Shown: positions 11,201-20,722 of the stretch, piece after piece
Layout: each line of letters opens with the position of its first letter
Position numbering within the stretch: the first letter of the stretch is position 1
Sequence record: MK422453.1
DNA from: Klebsiella phage ST13-OXA48phi12.1
Length of the DNA stretch: 39,086 nt
Reading direction: 5' to 3' (one strand)
The notes under the pieces: generated by a model
What the model saw: only the letters and a program-made list of their open reading frames with translations
Database searches by the model: none
Told to the model about the DNA's origin: nothing
Made by a program: the position numbers and the translations under genes

Positions 11201-11626
11201 CGCTGGCCCCGCTACGCATTATCGCTCTGTGCCGCCACTCCAGCACTTCCGTCAGCGGCATAACGTCAGTGACGGACGGCGGCCAGTGAAAGATCGTGGC
11301 GATATCCGCCACCAGGTCATCTACCGTCAGGCTGTCGGCAAATCGGCAAGTGCCGACTTCGGCAACAAAAAAAGGACCACCTCGACAGACATCGCGGCCA
11401 GGTCTGCCGGGTCGAGGTCCGTCATTTCCTGCGGGGTCAGCGTTGGTGTGGAGATACGGGGGATCACGGTCATCATAGAGGCCACGTCCATCTCCATCAC
11501 CGCCTGCAGTCGCGTACCGCGCAGCGCGCCGGATTGCGGCTTACGCAGCACAATTTCCGTAATCGTGGTATCACCGCGCTTAATCGGGCTATCCAGTTTC
11601 ACCGTTGCTTCTGTTTTCTCACTCAT
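11193..11626 (-). CDS. E: tail assembly chaperone gpE and its -1 frameshift extension gpE+E' (slippery heptamer T_TTT_TTG at 11366-11372 on the minus strand)
   Basis: E (11327..11626, 99 aa) ends ...VVLFLLPKSALADLPTA. I translated the -1 frame by hand from the TTTTTTG site: it stays open for 59 more codons to a TGA at 11193-11195, which overlaps the T start codon ATGAGTGA, exactly as in P2 E/E'-T. Confidence 0.8.
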
Positions 11627-11678
11627 GCTCTTTTCCTGTTATGGGTTGGTTGGCGCGACCTCGCGCGCCAGAAAAAAA

Positions 11679-12194
11679 TTACAGACCAATGGCGTTACGG
11701 TGTTCTTCCATCAGGTCAACACCATCAACAACTTCAATCATGTTGATCGCATCGACCTCATAGAGCACTTCACCGTTAATGGTCAGCTTCGCGTAACAGT
11801 TAACGCTGCTGACTTTGGTGGAATTGCTCTCGCCGGTTTTCCACTCGCCGGAATCCACCTCTTTGTGGCGCCCACGGACGACCAGCTCAACGGCCTGAAC
11901 TTCGCCGGTGTCGTCGCGCTGAATAGACCCGGTAAAGCGCAGCTGCACGCCGTCCACCGTGGCTTTGCCCATCTGTTTAAACAAAAGCGCCTCCGTACCT
12001 CCGATGGTCATTTCCGTATCCAGCGCGCCATCATCCAGCCCCAGATCAATACCGACTGAACCGGGCATACCGCCGCCGCGGTAGTTTTCCAGCTTTCGGG
12101 TGAATTTCGGCAGGGTGACGGATTCAGCAATGCCCATCCAGTTGTTACCGGCGTTAAAAATATTCAGGTGTTTTAACTTGCGTGGTAAGGCCAT
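11679..12194 (-). CDS. FII: tail tube protein (P2 FII-like), 171 aa
   Basis: MALPRKLKHLNIFNAGNNWMGIAESVTLPKFTRKLENYRGGG resembles P2 FII, and the gene lies directly downstream of FI. Confidence 0.9.
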   Translation of the reverse strand: MALPRKLKHLNIFNAGNNWMGIAESVTLPKFTRKLENYRGGGMPGSVGIDLGLDDGALDTEMTIGGTEALLFKQMGKATVDGVQLRFTGSIQRDDTGEVQAVELVVRGRHKEVDSGEWKTGESNSTKVSSVNCYAKLTINGEVLYEVDAINMIEVVDGVDLMEEHRNAIGL

Positions 12195-12203
12195 GGGTCC
12201 CCC

Positions 12204-13376
12204 TTATGCGCTTACGCGGGTGGTGAAATCCACCAGGTAACGGTCAGTGATGCGCTGGCGCAGCATCAGGTTTTCCAGTGGCGGCACTGGCGTATAGTCG
12301 TAGTCGATCCAGAGTTTCCCGGATTTCAGCGTGTCTTTGTCATTCACACTGTCATCAATCCAGCAATCACCGCCGATGAGGTAGCCCTGATTTACCAGGC
12401 TGCGCATTTTGGCGCGGATACCTTCGATAATGTCGCGAGCCAGCGAAGGGTTAAGCGGCTGGTCCACCGCCCACATATGCGCCTCCGCCATGGTGTCTGC
12501 CAGCACCTGCGCGGTACGGGTGTAGTTTTCAAACTGGAATAACGGGTCATCGCTGAGGCAGCGGGAACCCCAGAAGCGGAAACCATCCTTGCGGATCAAG
12601 GTGGTGACGTCGTTCTGGTTCAGCAGTCCGGCATCGGTTGCCGGGTCCTGCAGATCCCAGAACACATCCGCAGACAAGCCGGTTACGCCGTTGACGCCCA
12701 CGTTAGAAAGGGTTTTATGCCAGCCGGTCTGCTCGTCGATTTTTGCACGCAGACCCAGCGCACGGGCAGTGGCGTAAGCAGTCGCATCTGCCTGCAGCAC
12801 CGTGTCAAAGTTGATGAAATCAGGCCAGATCAGCATCCCTTCTCGCTGACTGAAATTTTCGCGGTAGGCAATCGCTTCCTCCACAGTTTTACAACCGTAG
12901 GCAGACAGATACGCAAAGCCGCGCAGGCTCTGCGCCACGCTCAACAGCTCAGTGGAAACAGCCTGCGTGTCATGGCCCGGCACGCCCAGAATGCGCGGCT
13001 TCACACCCAGCTGCGACTGCGCCGAAAGCAGCGCTTTGATGCCCGTTTTCTTACCGTCAGCGGTTACACCGCCGATAATATTGGAGGTGGTTTCCGCTTC
13101 GGTTTCGCCCTGGGCAACACGCACCACAACGGTGACGGGTTTTGCCTGGTCGGCGATGGCGTCCAGTGAGCGGGCCAGCGTGCCGGACTCGCCCGCTTTG
13201 CCGCTGGCGGTCAGTACATCGGTAAGCAGAACCGGCTTATTGAGCGGGAACACAGAGGCATCGGCATCATCGCCGGTGCATACCATGCCCACAATCGCCG
13301 TGCTCACCGTCGTGATAGAGCGGGTGCCGTCGTTAACTTCAACAACACGCACGCCGTGGTGATAGTCTTGCGCCAT
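12204..13376 (-). CDS. FI: contractile tail sheath protein (P2 FI-like), 390 aa
   Basis: [34 protein letters not shown]...[20 protein letters not shown] is highly similar to P2 FI. Confidence 0.93.
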   Translation of the reverse strand: MAQDYHHGVRVVEVNDGTRSITTVSTAIVGMVCTGDDADASVFPLNKPVLLTDVLTASGKAGESGTLARSLDAIADQAKPVTVVVRVAQGETEAETTSNIIGGVTADGKKTGIKALLSAQSQLGVKPRILGVPGHDTQAVSTELLSVAQSLRGFAYLSAYGCKTVEEAIAYRENFSQREGMLIWPDFINFDTVLQADATAYATARALGLRAKIDEQTGWHKTLSNVGVNGVTGLSADVFWDLQDPATDAGLLNQNDVTTLIRKDGFRFWGSRCLSDDPLFQFENYTRTAQVLADTMAEAHMWAVDQPLNPSLARDIIEGIRAKMRSLVNQGYLIGGDCWIDDSVNDKDTLKSGKLWIDYDYTPVPPLENLMLRQRITDRYLVDFTTRVSA

Positions 13377-13445
13377 GAATGAATCTCCTGTTCAGGGGTT
13401 CACCCATGGTAGGGAAATCATTCACCGCAAGCCGTTGATGGCCGT

Positions 13446-13463
13446 TGTATCGTCAATGGCACA
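13446..13463 (-). promoter_or_regulatory. Ogr-type late promoter element TGT-N12-ACA (TGTATCGTCAATGGCACA) upstream of FI (PF-like)
   Basis: Dyad centred about 78 nt upstream of the FI ATG, consistent with a site at -55 of a transcript carrying a ~23-nt leader. It matches the P2/186 late-promoter activator-site consensus. Confidence 0.55.
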
Positions 13464-13477
13464 ACCGCAGACAGAAA

Positions 13478-13500
13478 AAAGCCCCTTATCGGGGCAGACT
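13478..13500 (-). terminator. rho-independent terminator after the H-like fibre gene (GCCCCGATAAGGGGC + TTTTTTCTG on the minus strand)
   Basis: GC stem plus T-run on the minus strand, between the fibre gene stop (13515) and the PF element. Confidence 0.7.
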
Positions 13501-13514
13501 GATACCGGGATTTA

Positions 13515-14597
13515 TCAGGCAACGCGGCTCCAGCACATCAGCAGCGTGTGGGACTCAACCACGTTGATTGATTTCCCTTCACCGAGGTTATCGGTTTTGC
13601 CAGTGGTCGTGTGTTTGTGGGCTGGCAAGTCCACAATATGGCTATGATCGGCCACCTCATCCGTATAATTTCGTGTGCGGCGGCTGTCGTTATCCGAACC
13701 GACTATGTAATTATCATCCCAGACATCACCCGGGGCGAGCATTCCGCCTTTGTGTTTATGCCGTCCGGCCCCCCTGGTGGTCAGTTCCTGCCTGGGGAGT
13801 TCGCTGGTTTCGCCACTGACATTAACCTGCACAGCTGGCAGGTTAGCCTGCTGGATAGTGACATTATCGCTGCCGCCGGTCGTACCGACGTTCGAGCCAT
13901 CCGCTTTGCCTACACGAATTGTTTTATTCTCGCCGGTGTACACCCATTCTGACCATGGCCATTTTTCATTCGGGTTGACGTTCTGATTAAAAAATCGCGT
14001 GGTGCCGACAGGGTTATCGTCCTCCCAGAAATTACGCTTTGCCTCCGTTATCGCATCAGCAATCACCTGCTGAATGTCCGTATCAAGCTGGCCTACAATC
14101 TTATCTGTATAATCCTTCACATCATTCTTCGCTCTTTCGACCTCGCTCACTGTCGCCAGAATGATGCAGGGGTCAGTGATTAGATTGACGCTGGCGGTAT
14201 TACTGACGGCAATCCACATATTGACGGATTGCAACCTGCCTGACCCCTCTGCCAGTAGCGGCTTATAGGTCGGTGCCATGTTCGCGACGGCGAGACAAAC
14301 CCCCTCGTCGTCATACAGTGCAGCCTCTCTTAGCCAGAAACCGCCGACCTGCGGCAGCATAATCATTTCCGCGCGAATAACGTTGGCCTGCTGGTCTGCT
14401 ATCACCACGCGATTCAGGGGGGCACGCCATACCTCGTTGATTAACCCGGTTTGTAGGGGGTCAGGTATAGCCGATACGCCGCCACCATCCCCTACGGCCA
14501 TCACAGAGAATCCCACCGGCTCCCCAGTGACTGCCGCACGGGTCATCGCTTCCTCACCGGCGCGCGTGAGGATGGCACAGAATTTTTTATCGCTCAC
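13515..14597 (-). CDS. short tail fibre protein with P2 gpH-type N-terminal (baseplate-attachment) domain and His-rich C-terminal tip, 360 aa (GTG start)
   Basis: MSDKKFCAILTRAGEE...MAVGDGGG...LINEVWRAPLN...VGGFWLREAALYDDEG...VANMAPTYKPLLAEGSGR aligns with the P2 H N-terminus. The C-terminus carries HKHKGG...HSHIVDLPAHKH HxH motifs like lambda Stf/T4 fibre tips. A GGGAGGG SD lies 7 nt upstream of the GTG. Confidence 0.8.
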   Translation of the reverse strand: MSDKKFCAILTRAGEEAMTRAAVTGEPVGFSVMAVGDGGGVSAIPDPLQTGLINEVWRAPLNRVVIADQQANVIRAEMIMLPQVGGFWLREAALYDDEGVCLAVANMAPTYKPLLAEGSGRLQSVNMWIAVSNTASVNLITDPCIILATVSEVERAKNDVKDYTDKIVGQLDTDIQQVIADAITEAKRNFWEDDNPVGTTRFFNQNVNPNEKWPWSEWVYTGENKTIRVGKADGSNVGTTGGSDNVTIQQANLPAVQVNVSGETSELPRQELTTRGAGRHKHKGGMLAPGDVWDDNYIVGSDNDSRRTRNYTDEVADHSHIVDLPAHKHTTTGKTDNLGEGKSINVVESHTLLMCWSRVA

Positions 14598-14617
14598 CTG
14601 TCACCCTCCCGATTCGG

Positions 14618-15355
14618 CTACTGCAATCCAAAAAACGCCTTAATAGGCACATACACCGCGTCAATCTCGGCATCAGTTAACGCCCGCGGATAAATCGCCG
14701 CAAAGTACAAGTCGCCTTTTGATGCTGTCGCCGCCGTGTAATGTGATCCCAGCAGGATATTCCCGGCCTGAAGCAGGACGCCATTAGCCGGAATGGCATT
14801 CTGCTGGCTTTTTTTGTTCACCAGGTCACGCAAACGCGTTGTCATCGCTGACTGGCTGAATACCGACGCAATAGCTCGCCTTTTAACCGTGTCGGCACCT
14901 GCTGTAATGCCATAGGACAGTGATAGCCTGGTCGCAAAATTATCGAGGGTGTACCCCAGCGACAACGTCGGGTTGCCCGTCGCATTTGACTGCTGCGCAA
15001 AATCAATGGAGGTTAATCCAGACCCGCCATTTGTAACTGGCGAGCCATAGTTAGACCAGTGGATAAAATTGCTGGTTGTCCCGGCTGGCTGCCCCAGCGT
15101 GATGATCGTCATTTCACCGGTCTGTTTCACGCCGGTATCAATATAGCTTTCCATGCTGGTCAGGGTAACGCTCCGGTCATTAACAACCGGCGAGCCAATG
15201 ACCGTCGCATCCGGCCGACCGTTGATCAGATTGCGGGCCGGGCTGCTGTCAGCACCGAAAATATTGGCGTAAACCGCGCCGTCAACAGGCAGTAAAAAAC
15301 CGGTCGCGAACGCTGAAATATCGCTGATGTTGCCTAACAAAAATCCTGTGCTCAT
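14618..15355 (-). CDS. hypothetical tail-fibre-locus protein, 245 aa (possible fibre accessory/adhesin/chaperone)
   Basis: Start chosen at MSTGFLLGNISD with an AGGGG SD 8 nt upstream. The upstream ATG of ORF 14618..15397 overlaps the preceding gene. There is no recognisable family. It sits between two receptor-binding genes. Confidence 0.55.
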   Translation of the reverse strand: MSTGFLLGNISDISAFATGFLLPVDGAVYANIFGADSSPARNLINGRPDATVIGSPVVNDRSVTLTSMESYIDTGVKQTGEMTIITLGQPAGTTSNFIHWSNYGSPVTNGGSGLTSIDFAQQSNATGNPTLSLGYTLDNFATRLSLSYGITAGADTVKRRAIASVFSQSAMTTRLRDLVNKKSQQNAIPANGVLLQAGNILLGSHYTAATASKGDLYFAAIYPRALTDAEIDAVYVPIKAFFGLQ

Positions 15356-15360
15356 TATGT

Positions 15361-17781
15361 TTACCCCTGCGTAAATGTCCGGGAGAAGGCTATGCACCAG
15401 TTCTCCATCGGGTATGGTTTACCGATTAATTCGGCGATATTTTCCTCAGGCCATTGCGTGAATTGCGGGTCGTATTCGTATACCTCGTCAGGCACATAGT
15501 CATCGCTGTCAGTCAGCATTCCCTGGCCCTCTGACTGTTTGGAGCCATAGAGGACGCGCACCGTCCCGACGGGAGGCGTAGTGCAGACAATTTTCACTAT
15601 TGTGTCGGCGACGATCTCCACGCTGGCAATAGTCAGTTCCGTACCGATCCCGGCGGCGTCAGCCTGGATGTTGTGGAAAACACGAAAGCCCTTATTGGCT
15701 ATGTCAATCCTCGAACCTACCCGGAACGGGCGCTGCCACTTTAGCGGCGGATGTTCAACCAGGAAGCTGTTATAAATCGCATTGCCAATGACATAAAAAT
15801 CTCGCGGAGCCAGCGGCTGAAACGGGCGGCGCTGGTTAAGTACCCTGTCCGCAACTTTGGCGAAATAGCATCCCATCCACCGGCTACCGTTAGTCATGAG
15901 GTGACCCTGTTTATCCGGGAGCTGATAATTTGGCCCCACCATCAGGCAGTTTTTGTTTTCCTGGCAAAACTCGTACTGAGCCTCACCAATCGGCAGCGTC
16001 ACTGCATTAATCGGCGAATTATCAGGGTTCGGGGTGTAAACATAGCCAGTCTGATACATGAGCCACACCGGATCGTCGGCTTGTCCGGTAATGGCGCGGA
16101 TAGTTGCCAGCATTTTAGTGCGCAACTGCCCCAGCAGCCCCTTGTAAACGGCTTTTGATGTGCCGTCCTGGTAGTCGCGCTCGCCCTGCATAAATGCCAG
16201 CAACGTAACGGAATAGCTCTTCCCCTCGCTGTCTGCCAGGGCTTTTGCTTTTGTCACGCAGTCAACAAAACGCTGATAATATTTCTCATCATCCAGCAGA
16301 GACGCAATTGACTGACCGGACAGGCCGACAGCGGATGCCACAAAAAGGCGTGAGTTATCGGCGCTGAAAGCGTTTTTTTCGAGGAAGTGGCGGCGAAAAC
16401 CATTTACAGCACCGACAATAGGGCTTTCCCCTTCGGGGCCAGCGTACCGGCCTAACGCCTGCTGCTCTGCATCTGTCAGGATCGTTGCCCCATCCACACT
16501 CTGAACCACGGATTTGAGCGGCTGGAAAGCTGCGTCGCCTAGGGGGGCAAATTCATTTTTGGACGCACTCGCCGGGCGCACGGAATTGCCGAGCATCAGA
16601 TTGCCGTATTTCGGGGTCTTTGAGACGGCAGGAAAGCACATAAACCCCATACCTAGCGACTGGCACTGCATAATAAAATGATTATATGCGTCTGACGGAA
16701 ATTTAAGCCGCGTCATAATGCGCCGGCCAGATTGTTCCATAACAGACAGGTTTACCGCATTCTGCTGGCGAATATACGCGGCTTCCGTCGTTTCCTCTCC
16801 ACCGCCACCATTACCATTGCCCTTTTTCAACCATGCCGGGACGCCATATTTATCAATAATGTCGTAAAAAAGGCCGTTACGGTCAGTCAGACGAATAATC
16901 GCGTCTGGCGTGCTGGTCAGATATACGCCATTACCCAGCGCGTATCGGGGGAAATTCGCGGAGCCGTCTTTTTTAATCAGGTCGCTGTAAATCCCATGCT
17001 CGCCGACCAGCCTTAAAATAGCGTCCGGTGTGCTCATGATTTGCAGGACGCCGGCGCGAATCCCCTCCTTGCTGATATAAGCCACGCCTGAACCAAAACC
17101 GCCCGCCCCGTCAACCTGCCAGGGGATAAGGCCGATTTCATCAACCAGCGCCAGCAAAAGATTGCCAATATCGGCCCGGCGAATCGTCCCTTTCAGGGGA
17201 AGCGCATCTGCACTGGCCTGCTCGGCCAGGGCCCGCACCGTATCCAGTGCCTGCCCACTTGCCAGAGTCATGATGAACCTGGCTTCGCCGTTATCGTTAA
17301 TGTAAATCACCTCGGACGGAGCGTTACTGTCATCGGTGATAACGCGGAACAGCTGGCCGCTAAACGTCGAGGCGATGCCCGTTTTCGTACCGTCTGGGTC
17401 ATCAACACCCGCCATTACGGTCGCGGCAACAGCCAGGCTGTTATAAATCAGACGTCCCGTCTTAACCGGTTCGCCTCCGACATTTTTATACTCAGCAACC
17501 CAAACACGCGGATCGGATGATCGTACAGAGAACACGGCACCATCGGGGATTTTCCCCTCATTGATGGCGGCGGCGGCGGCTTCCTCGCTGGCAAACGGCA
17601 TATCGCCTGATTTAATCAGCGTTCCTAATGCGTCCAGCTCATTTTTAAGGAATGCCGTTCGGTTTCCCAGCTGGGATGCCTGGATATTGGCCGCACCACC
17701 TCTGCCGCCTTCTACTTTTTCACCGCGGGTCAGCGCGTGGATTTCATTTTCCCAGCGTGGGGTTTCACTGATTTTGCTCAT
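15361..17781 (-). CDS. long tail fibre/tailspike protein with SGNH-type sialate-O-acetylesterase-like (SASA) domain, about 806 aa
   Basis: Start at MSKISETPRWENE, immediately after the I stop. A fibre-like N-terminus and an internal duplicated motif (STPDAILRL.GEHGIYSDLI / STPDAIIRLTDRNGLFYDII) are present. The esterase-type motifs LSGQSIASLL (GQSxx) and LLAFMQGERDY (QGE) suggest a carbohydrate esterase domain. Confidence 0.6.
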   Translation of the reverse strand: MSKISETPRWENEIHALTRGEKVEGGRGGAANIQASQLGNRTAFLKNELDALGTLIKSGDMPFASEEAAAAAINEGKIPDGAVFSVRSSDPRVWVAEYKNVGGEPVKTGRLIYNSLAVAATVMAGVDDPDGTKTGIASTFSGQLFRVITDDSNAPSEVIYINDNGEARFIMTLASGQALDTVRALAEQASADALPLKGTIRRADIGNLLLALVDEIGLIPWQVDGAGGFGSGVAYISKEGIRAGVLQIMSTPDAILRLVGEHGIYSDLIKKDGSANFPRYALGNGVYLTSTPDAIIRLTDRNGLFYDIIDKYGVPAWLKKGNGNGGGGEETTEAAYIRQQNAVNLSVMEQSGRRIMTRLKFPSDAYNHFIMQCQSLGMGFMCFPAVSKTPKYGNLMLGNSVRPASASKNEFAPLGDAAFQPLKSVVQSVDGATILTDAEQQALGRYAGPEGESPIVGAVNGFRRHFLEKNAFSADNSRLFVASAVGLSGQSIASLLDDEKYYQRFVDCVTKAKALADSEGKSYSVTLLAFMQGERDYQDGTSKAVYKGLLGQLRTKMLATIRAITGQADDPVWLMYQTGYVYTPNPDNSPINAVTLPIGEAQYEFCQENKNCLMVGPNYQLPDKQGHLMTNGSRWMGCYFAKVADRVLNQRRPFQPLAPRDFYVIGNAIYNSFLVEHPPLKWQRPFRVGSRIDIANKGFRVFHNIQADAAGIGTELTIASVEIVADTIVKIVCTTPPVGTVRVLYGSKQSEGQGMLTDSDDYVPDEVYEYDPQFTQWPEENIAELIGKPYPMENWCIAFSRTFTQG

Positions 17782-17782
17782 A

Positions 17783-18400
17783 TTAACTTTTCCCGGTGTA
17801 ATAATAACTGCCGTCGAAACTCGCCTGACCATCAAAATAAATACTGTCATCCGGTTCATAACCTGGCGGATATATATCTATTACCTCACCATCAAATATT
17901 GATATCCCGACATTAGCAGCGCCACGACTACTGACTCCGAGTGTCATCTGCGATATATGGCGACTGACCGGCTTTGCATCACCAATAATCCGCTCCAGCT
18001 CTTTAATCATTGACTCAGTGATACCAATATCATTGAGGTCAATCTCAAGGCGGAATGTCCCGGCAGGGTCGGCCACTTCCCACCATTCCTGGAGCGTCAT
18101 GCTATAGCCCAGCGTTTCAATCACGCGCCGCACGGCAGCGACGGTTCCCTTGCGTTGGTGGATCCAGAAAGCATCACTGACCGCCTGGCGCTTCTCTTTT
18201 TCCGACCATGTTTCTTCCCAGCGGTCGACAGAAAACGCCCACGCCAGATAAGGCAGGAATTTCACAGGGCATTTCCACGGGTTCCACAGGTCACGCAGCG
18301 GCACGTTTAAATCACTGATACCTGAACAGGCTTGCGCCAGCCTGCGCTCCAGCGCAGACGACCCCGGCGGTAACAGGCTGCTAGTCATCAGAGCCACCAA
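17783..18400 (-). CDS. I: baseplate/tail protein gpI-like, 205 aa
   Basis: ELWNPWKCPVKFLPYLAWAFSVDRWEETW is similar to P2 I (LWNPDTCPANLLPWLAWAFSVDRWDEKW). Confidence 0.9.
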   Translation of the reverse strand: MVALMTSSLLPPGSSALERRLAQACSGISDLNVPLRDLWNPWKCPVKFLPYLAWAFSVDRWEETWSEKEKRQAVSDAFWIHQRKGTVAAVRRVIETLGYSMTLQEWWEVADPAGTFRLEIDLNDIGITESMIKELERIIGDAKPVSRHISQMTLGVSSRGAANVGISIFDGEVIDIYPPGYEPDDSIYFDGQASFDGSYYYTGKS

Positions 18401-19289
18401 TTTCTGCTTTAAAATCGGTGCAATATGACGCCTGCGTTTTATCTAACACCATGTCCGCCAGGGGCTTCATCAGCTCAACACGCTGGACGCCCTGAACATG
18501 CAAAGCGGCGTAGATCGCAGACAGCCGCACGTCACGCCCCAGGCGACGCTGCTCGTTGATGTACGCCGCACCCTGCGCTTTCGCGGCCGCCAGGATGGGT
18601 TCCTTTGCCGGTCCGGGATAGACATAAAGAACCGCATCAATTTCATAGGGGACAATCTCAGCAGATCGGACACTCACCCGATCCGCCACCGGCCGCACAG
18701 CCTCATCATTCAGGGCCTCACCGACGACCTGCAGTAAGTCTTCCGGCGCAGTACCATCGCCGTCGCGGGCCAGAATAGTCACCACGACTTCCGCCGGTGA
18801 CGGGCTGAACGCCGACGCGTCCGCCACCCGACCATCCGAGCTAAGCGCGTGATATTCATATGCTCCGACTGGCCCGGCTACGCTCATCCCCTCAAAGGCC
18901 GCCGGGATTCGCTGGCGATAATCCGCGTCAGATTCCATTACTGCCTCCGTTGGCGGCGTAGTGGTGTCGTCCGCAGCTGTAATCACCCGGCGCTGTACGT
19001 TGTTATTCGCGCCTAAATTGTCCAGGTCATCCCCGCCGGAATAGGCCACCATCACGGCTTTCGCCGCCTCGTTAATCCGCTGGCGCAGCAGCAGCTCCCG
19101 GTACACATTTTCCTGCAGCATTTTCACCACCGGCTCAGATTCAAGCGTTAAGGTGCGGGCCACGGCCTCCTGCTCTTCTGCCGGAAATAACGCGACAAAT
19201 TCAGCCTTGCGCTCAGTCAGCAGGGTTTCAAAATCCGGCACATCCACTATTTGCGGCGGCGGCAGCTGGGAAAGGTCAATAACGGCCAT
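18381..19289 (-). CDS. J: baseplate assembly protein gpJ-like, 302 aa
   Basis: Internal start MAVIDLSQLPPPQIVDVPDFETLL matches the P2 J N-terminus and length. The upstream 80 codons of ORF 18381..19529 overlap W and are not counted. Confidence 0.9.
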   Translation of the reverse strand: MAVIDLSQLPPPQIVDVPDFETLLTERKAEFVALFPAEEQEAVARTLTLESEPVVKMLQENVYRELLLRQRINEAAKAVMVAYSGGDDLDNLGANNNVQRRVITAADDTTTPPTEAVMESDADYRQRIPAAFEGMSVAGPVGAYEYHALSSDGRVADASAFSPSPAEVVVTILARDGDGTAPEDLLQVVGEALNDEAVRPVADRVSVRSAEIVPYEIDAVLYVYPGPAKEPILAAAKAQGAAYINEQRRLGRDVRLSAIYAALHVQGVQRVELMKPLADMVLDKTQASYCTDFKAEIGGSDD

Positions 19290-19638
19290 TGTCTGCTCCT
19301 GTCGATACGGAAAGGGACACGGGCACGCCGTCATTACGCTGGCCTGCCAGCTCAATAACCATTGCGCCATCCATGCTGCTGCTGTTAACCGTGATGGTGT
19401 CCAGCTGCAGCCGCGGCTCCCAGCGTCGCAGCGCCACATACACTGCAGCCATGATCTGCAGGCGCAGCGCCGGGTTTTGCGGCTGGTCAATGAGCGCTGA
19501 AAGCAGGGAACCATACTCCCGGCGCGCAAGCCGGCTCCCTTGCGGGGTCAGCAAAATGTCACGCACCGACTGGCGCAGGTGGTCAGTTTCCGTTATGGCT
19601 CTGCCGGTATCGCGGCTCATCCCGATATAGAGCGTCAA
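19276..19638 (-). CDS. W: baseplate wedge protein gpW-like (GPW/gp25 family), 120 aa
   Basis: MTLYIGMSRDTGRAITETDHLRQSVRDILLTPQGSRLARREYGSLL is similar to P2 W. Confidence 0.9.
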   Translation of the reverse strand: MTLYIGMSRDTGRAITETDHLRQSVRDILLTPQGSRLARREYGSLLSALIDQPQNPALRLQIMAAVYVALRRWEPRLQLDTITVNSSSMDGAMVIELAGQRNDGVPVSLSVSTGADNGRY

Positions 19639-20207
19639 AATGGATCTCCCGTCGTTCCGCCACTGTCGCCAGGGTGTTTATGCTTATCAGCAACGACGCC
19701 GTTTGACGTCATCGCGCCGCCGCCGTGGGTCACATCGCCGTTCAGGATCACGTTGCTGTTAATACGGGTGGTGTCAGCCTCGATCACAAACTCACCGGTT
19801 TTACAGGAGACAACCTGAGAAGACTCAATCATCACGCTTTTCACGCCGCGAATAATCCAGCGTCCGGTGGCGGGGTCGTATTCGAACCAGCCTCCATCCT
19901 CGTATGCGGTCACGTCCGCACTTTCAGAGTCTGACGGCGGCGGGCAGGCGTTGGAGTAGATGGCCGGAAGCGCAAAGGCTGTTTCCAGATTGCCGCCCAG
20001 GCTGAACAGCACAACCTGCTCCCCTGGAGACGGGCACCACCAGGTGCGGGATTTACCTGCACGGTAGGTCAGCCAGTTAATCCAGTTGGTTTCGAGGTCG
20101 CCCGTTTTCACCCGGCACAGCCAGCCGTCCCGATCCACTTCGGTCACAATGCCGGTGCGGATCAGATTGGTGATAAGGCGCATTATTTCGGTTAATTGCG
20201 TATTCAT
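19635..20207 (-). CDS. V: baseplate spike protein gpV-like, 190 aa
   Basis: MNTQLTEIMRL...RAGKSRTWWCPSPGEQV...KHKHPGDSGGTTGDPF is similar to P2 V. Confidence 0.9.
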   Translation of the reverse strand: MNTQLTEIMRLITNLIRTGIVTEVDRDGWLCRVKTGDLETNWINWLTYRAGKSRTWWCPSPGEQVVLFSLGGNLETAFALPAIYSNACPPPSDSESADVTAYEDGGWFEYDPATGRWIIRGVKSVMIESSQVVSCKTGEFVIEADTTRINSNVILNGDVTHGGGAMTSNGVVADKHKHPGDSGGTTGDPF

Positions 20208-20275
20208 GAAGGCAAGATTGCCACGCGCGGAGGGAGTGCGGCAGCGTGGCGGGTTGTGTCATCCCTGACACAAAA

Positions 20276-20722
20276 TCACTGTGACAACCAACGCAATAAG
20301 ACGTCTCGCGTAATGTCTTCTGTTTCATCATTGATGCCGAGCAACCGGCGCTCTGCATATTTGACTTCCGGCCCTTTACGGCTGACCCGATCACGCAAGC
20401 CATAGTGATGCACGCGGGCTATGCGCTGCACACGGCTCTCAAACTCGACGCTTGCCGCGTCCTTGCTGGCGACGGCTTTCAGGTATTTAGTGGTGCGCAA
20501 TTTGGCGAACATCTGGCGCTTGATGCGCCCCTTTTTACTTCTGGCCGTCACCCGGCGCGCCTCAAAGGCGGTGCCGTCTGGATTGCGCTGCAGCCTGATG
20601 TTTTGCTGTTGCGACCGGCGCAGCTCCTGCGCCAGTTGTCGCATCATACGGTTGCGGGCTGCCGGTTCCAGATTCGCCAGCAGGGCCGCCAGCCAGTCAT
20701 CCACCCTCTGCAGTTCATCCAC
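20276..20722 (-). CDS. S: tail completion protein gpS-like, 148 aa
   Basis: Placed between R and V by position and size. The C-terminus ...YAERRLLGINDETEDITRDVLLRWLSQ is gpS-like. Confidence 0.8.
   Translation of the reverse strand: MDELQRVDDWLAALLANLEPAARNRMMRQLAQELRRSQQQNIRLQRNPDGTAFEARRVTARSKKGRIKRQMFAKLRTTKYLKAVASKDAASVEFESRVQRIARVHHYGLRDRVSRKGPEVKYAERRLLGINDETEDITRDVLLRWLSQ

Noticed and set aside
13377-13514. Z/fun-type hotspot between the fibre genes and FI
   Set aside because: Only 138 bp here, holding a terminator and the PF element. There is no inserted cargo at this hotspot in this prophage.
20253-20273. Perfect palindrome TTGTGTCA-TCCC-TGACACAA between S and V as an Ogr site or terminator
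   Set aside because: Read as TGT-N12-ACA it is centred only about 56 bp from the V ATG, which leaves no leader. As a terminator it lacks a U-tract. I noted it in the late-promoter finding but did not call it as a feature.
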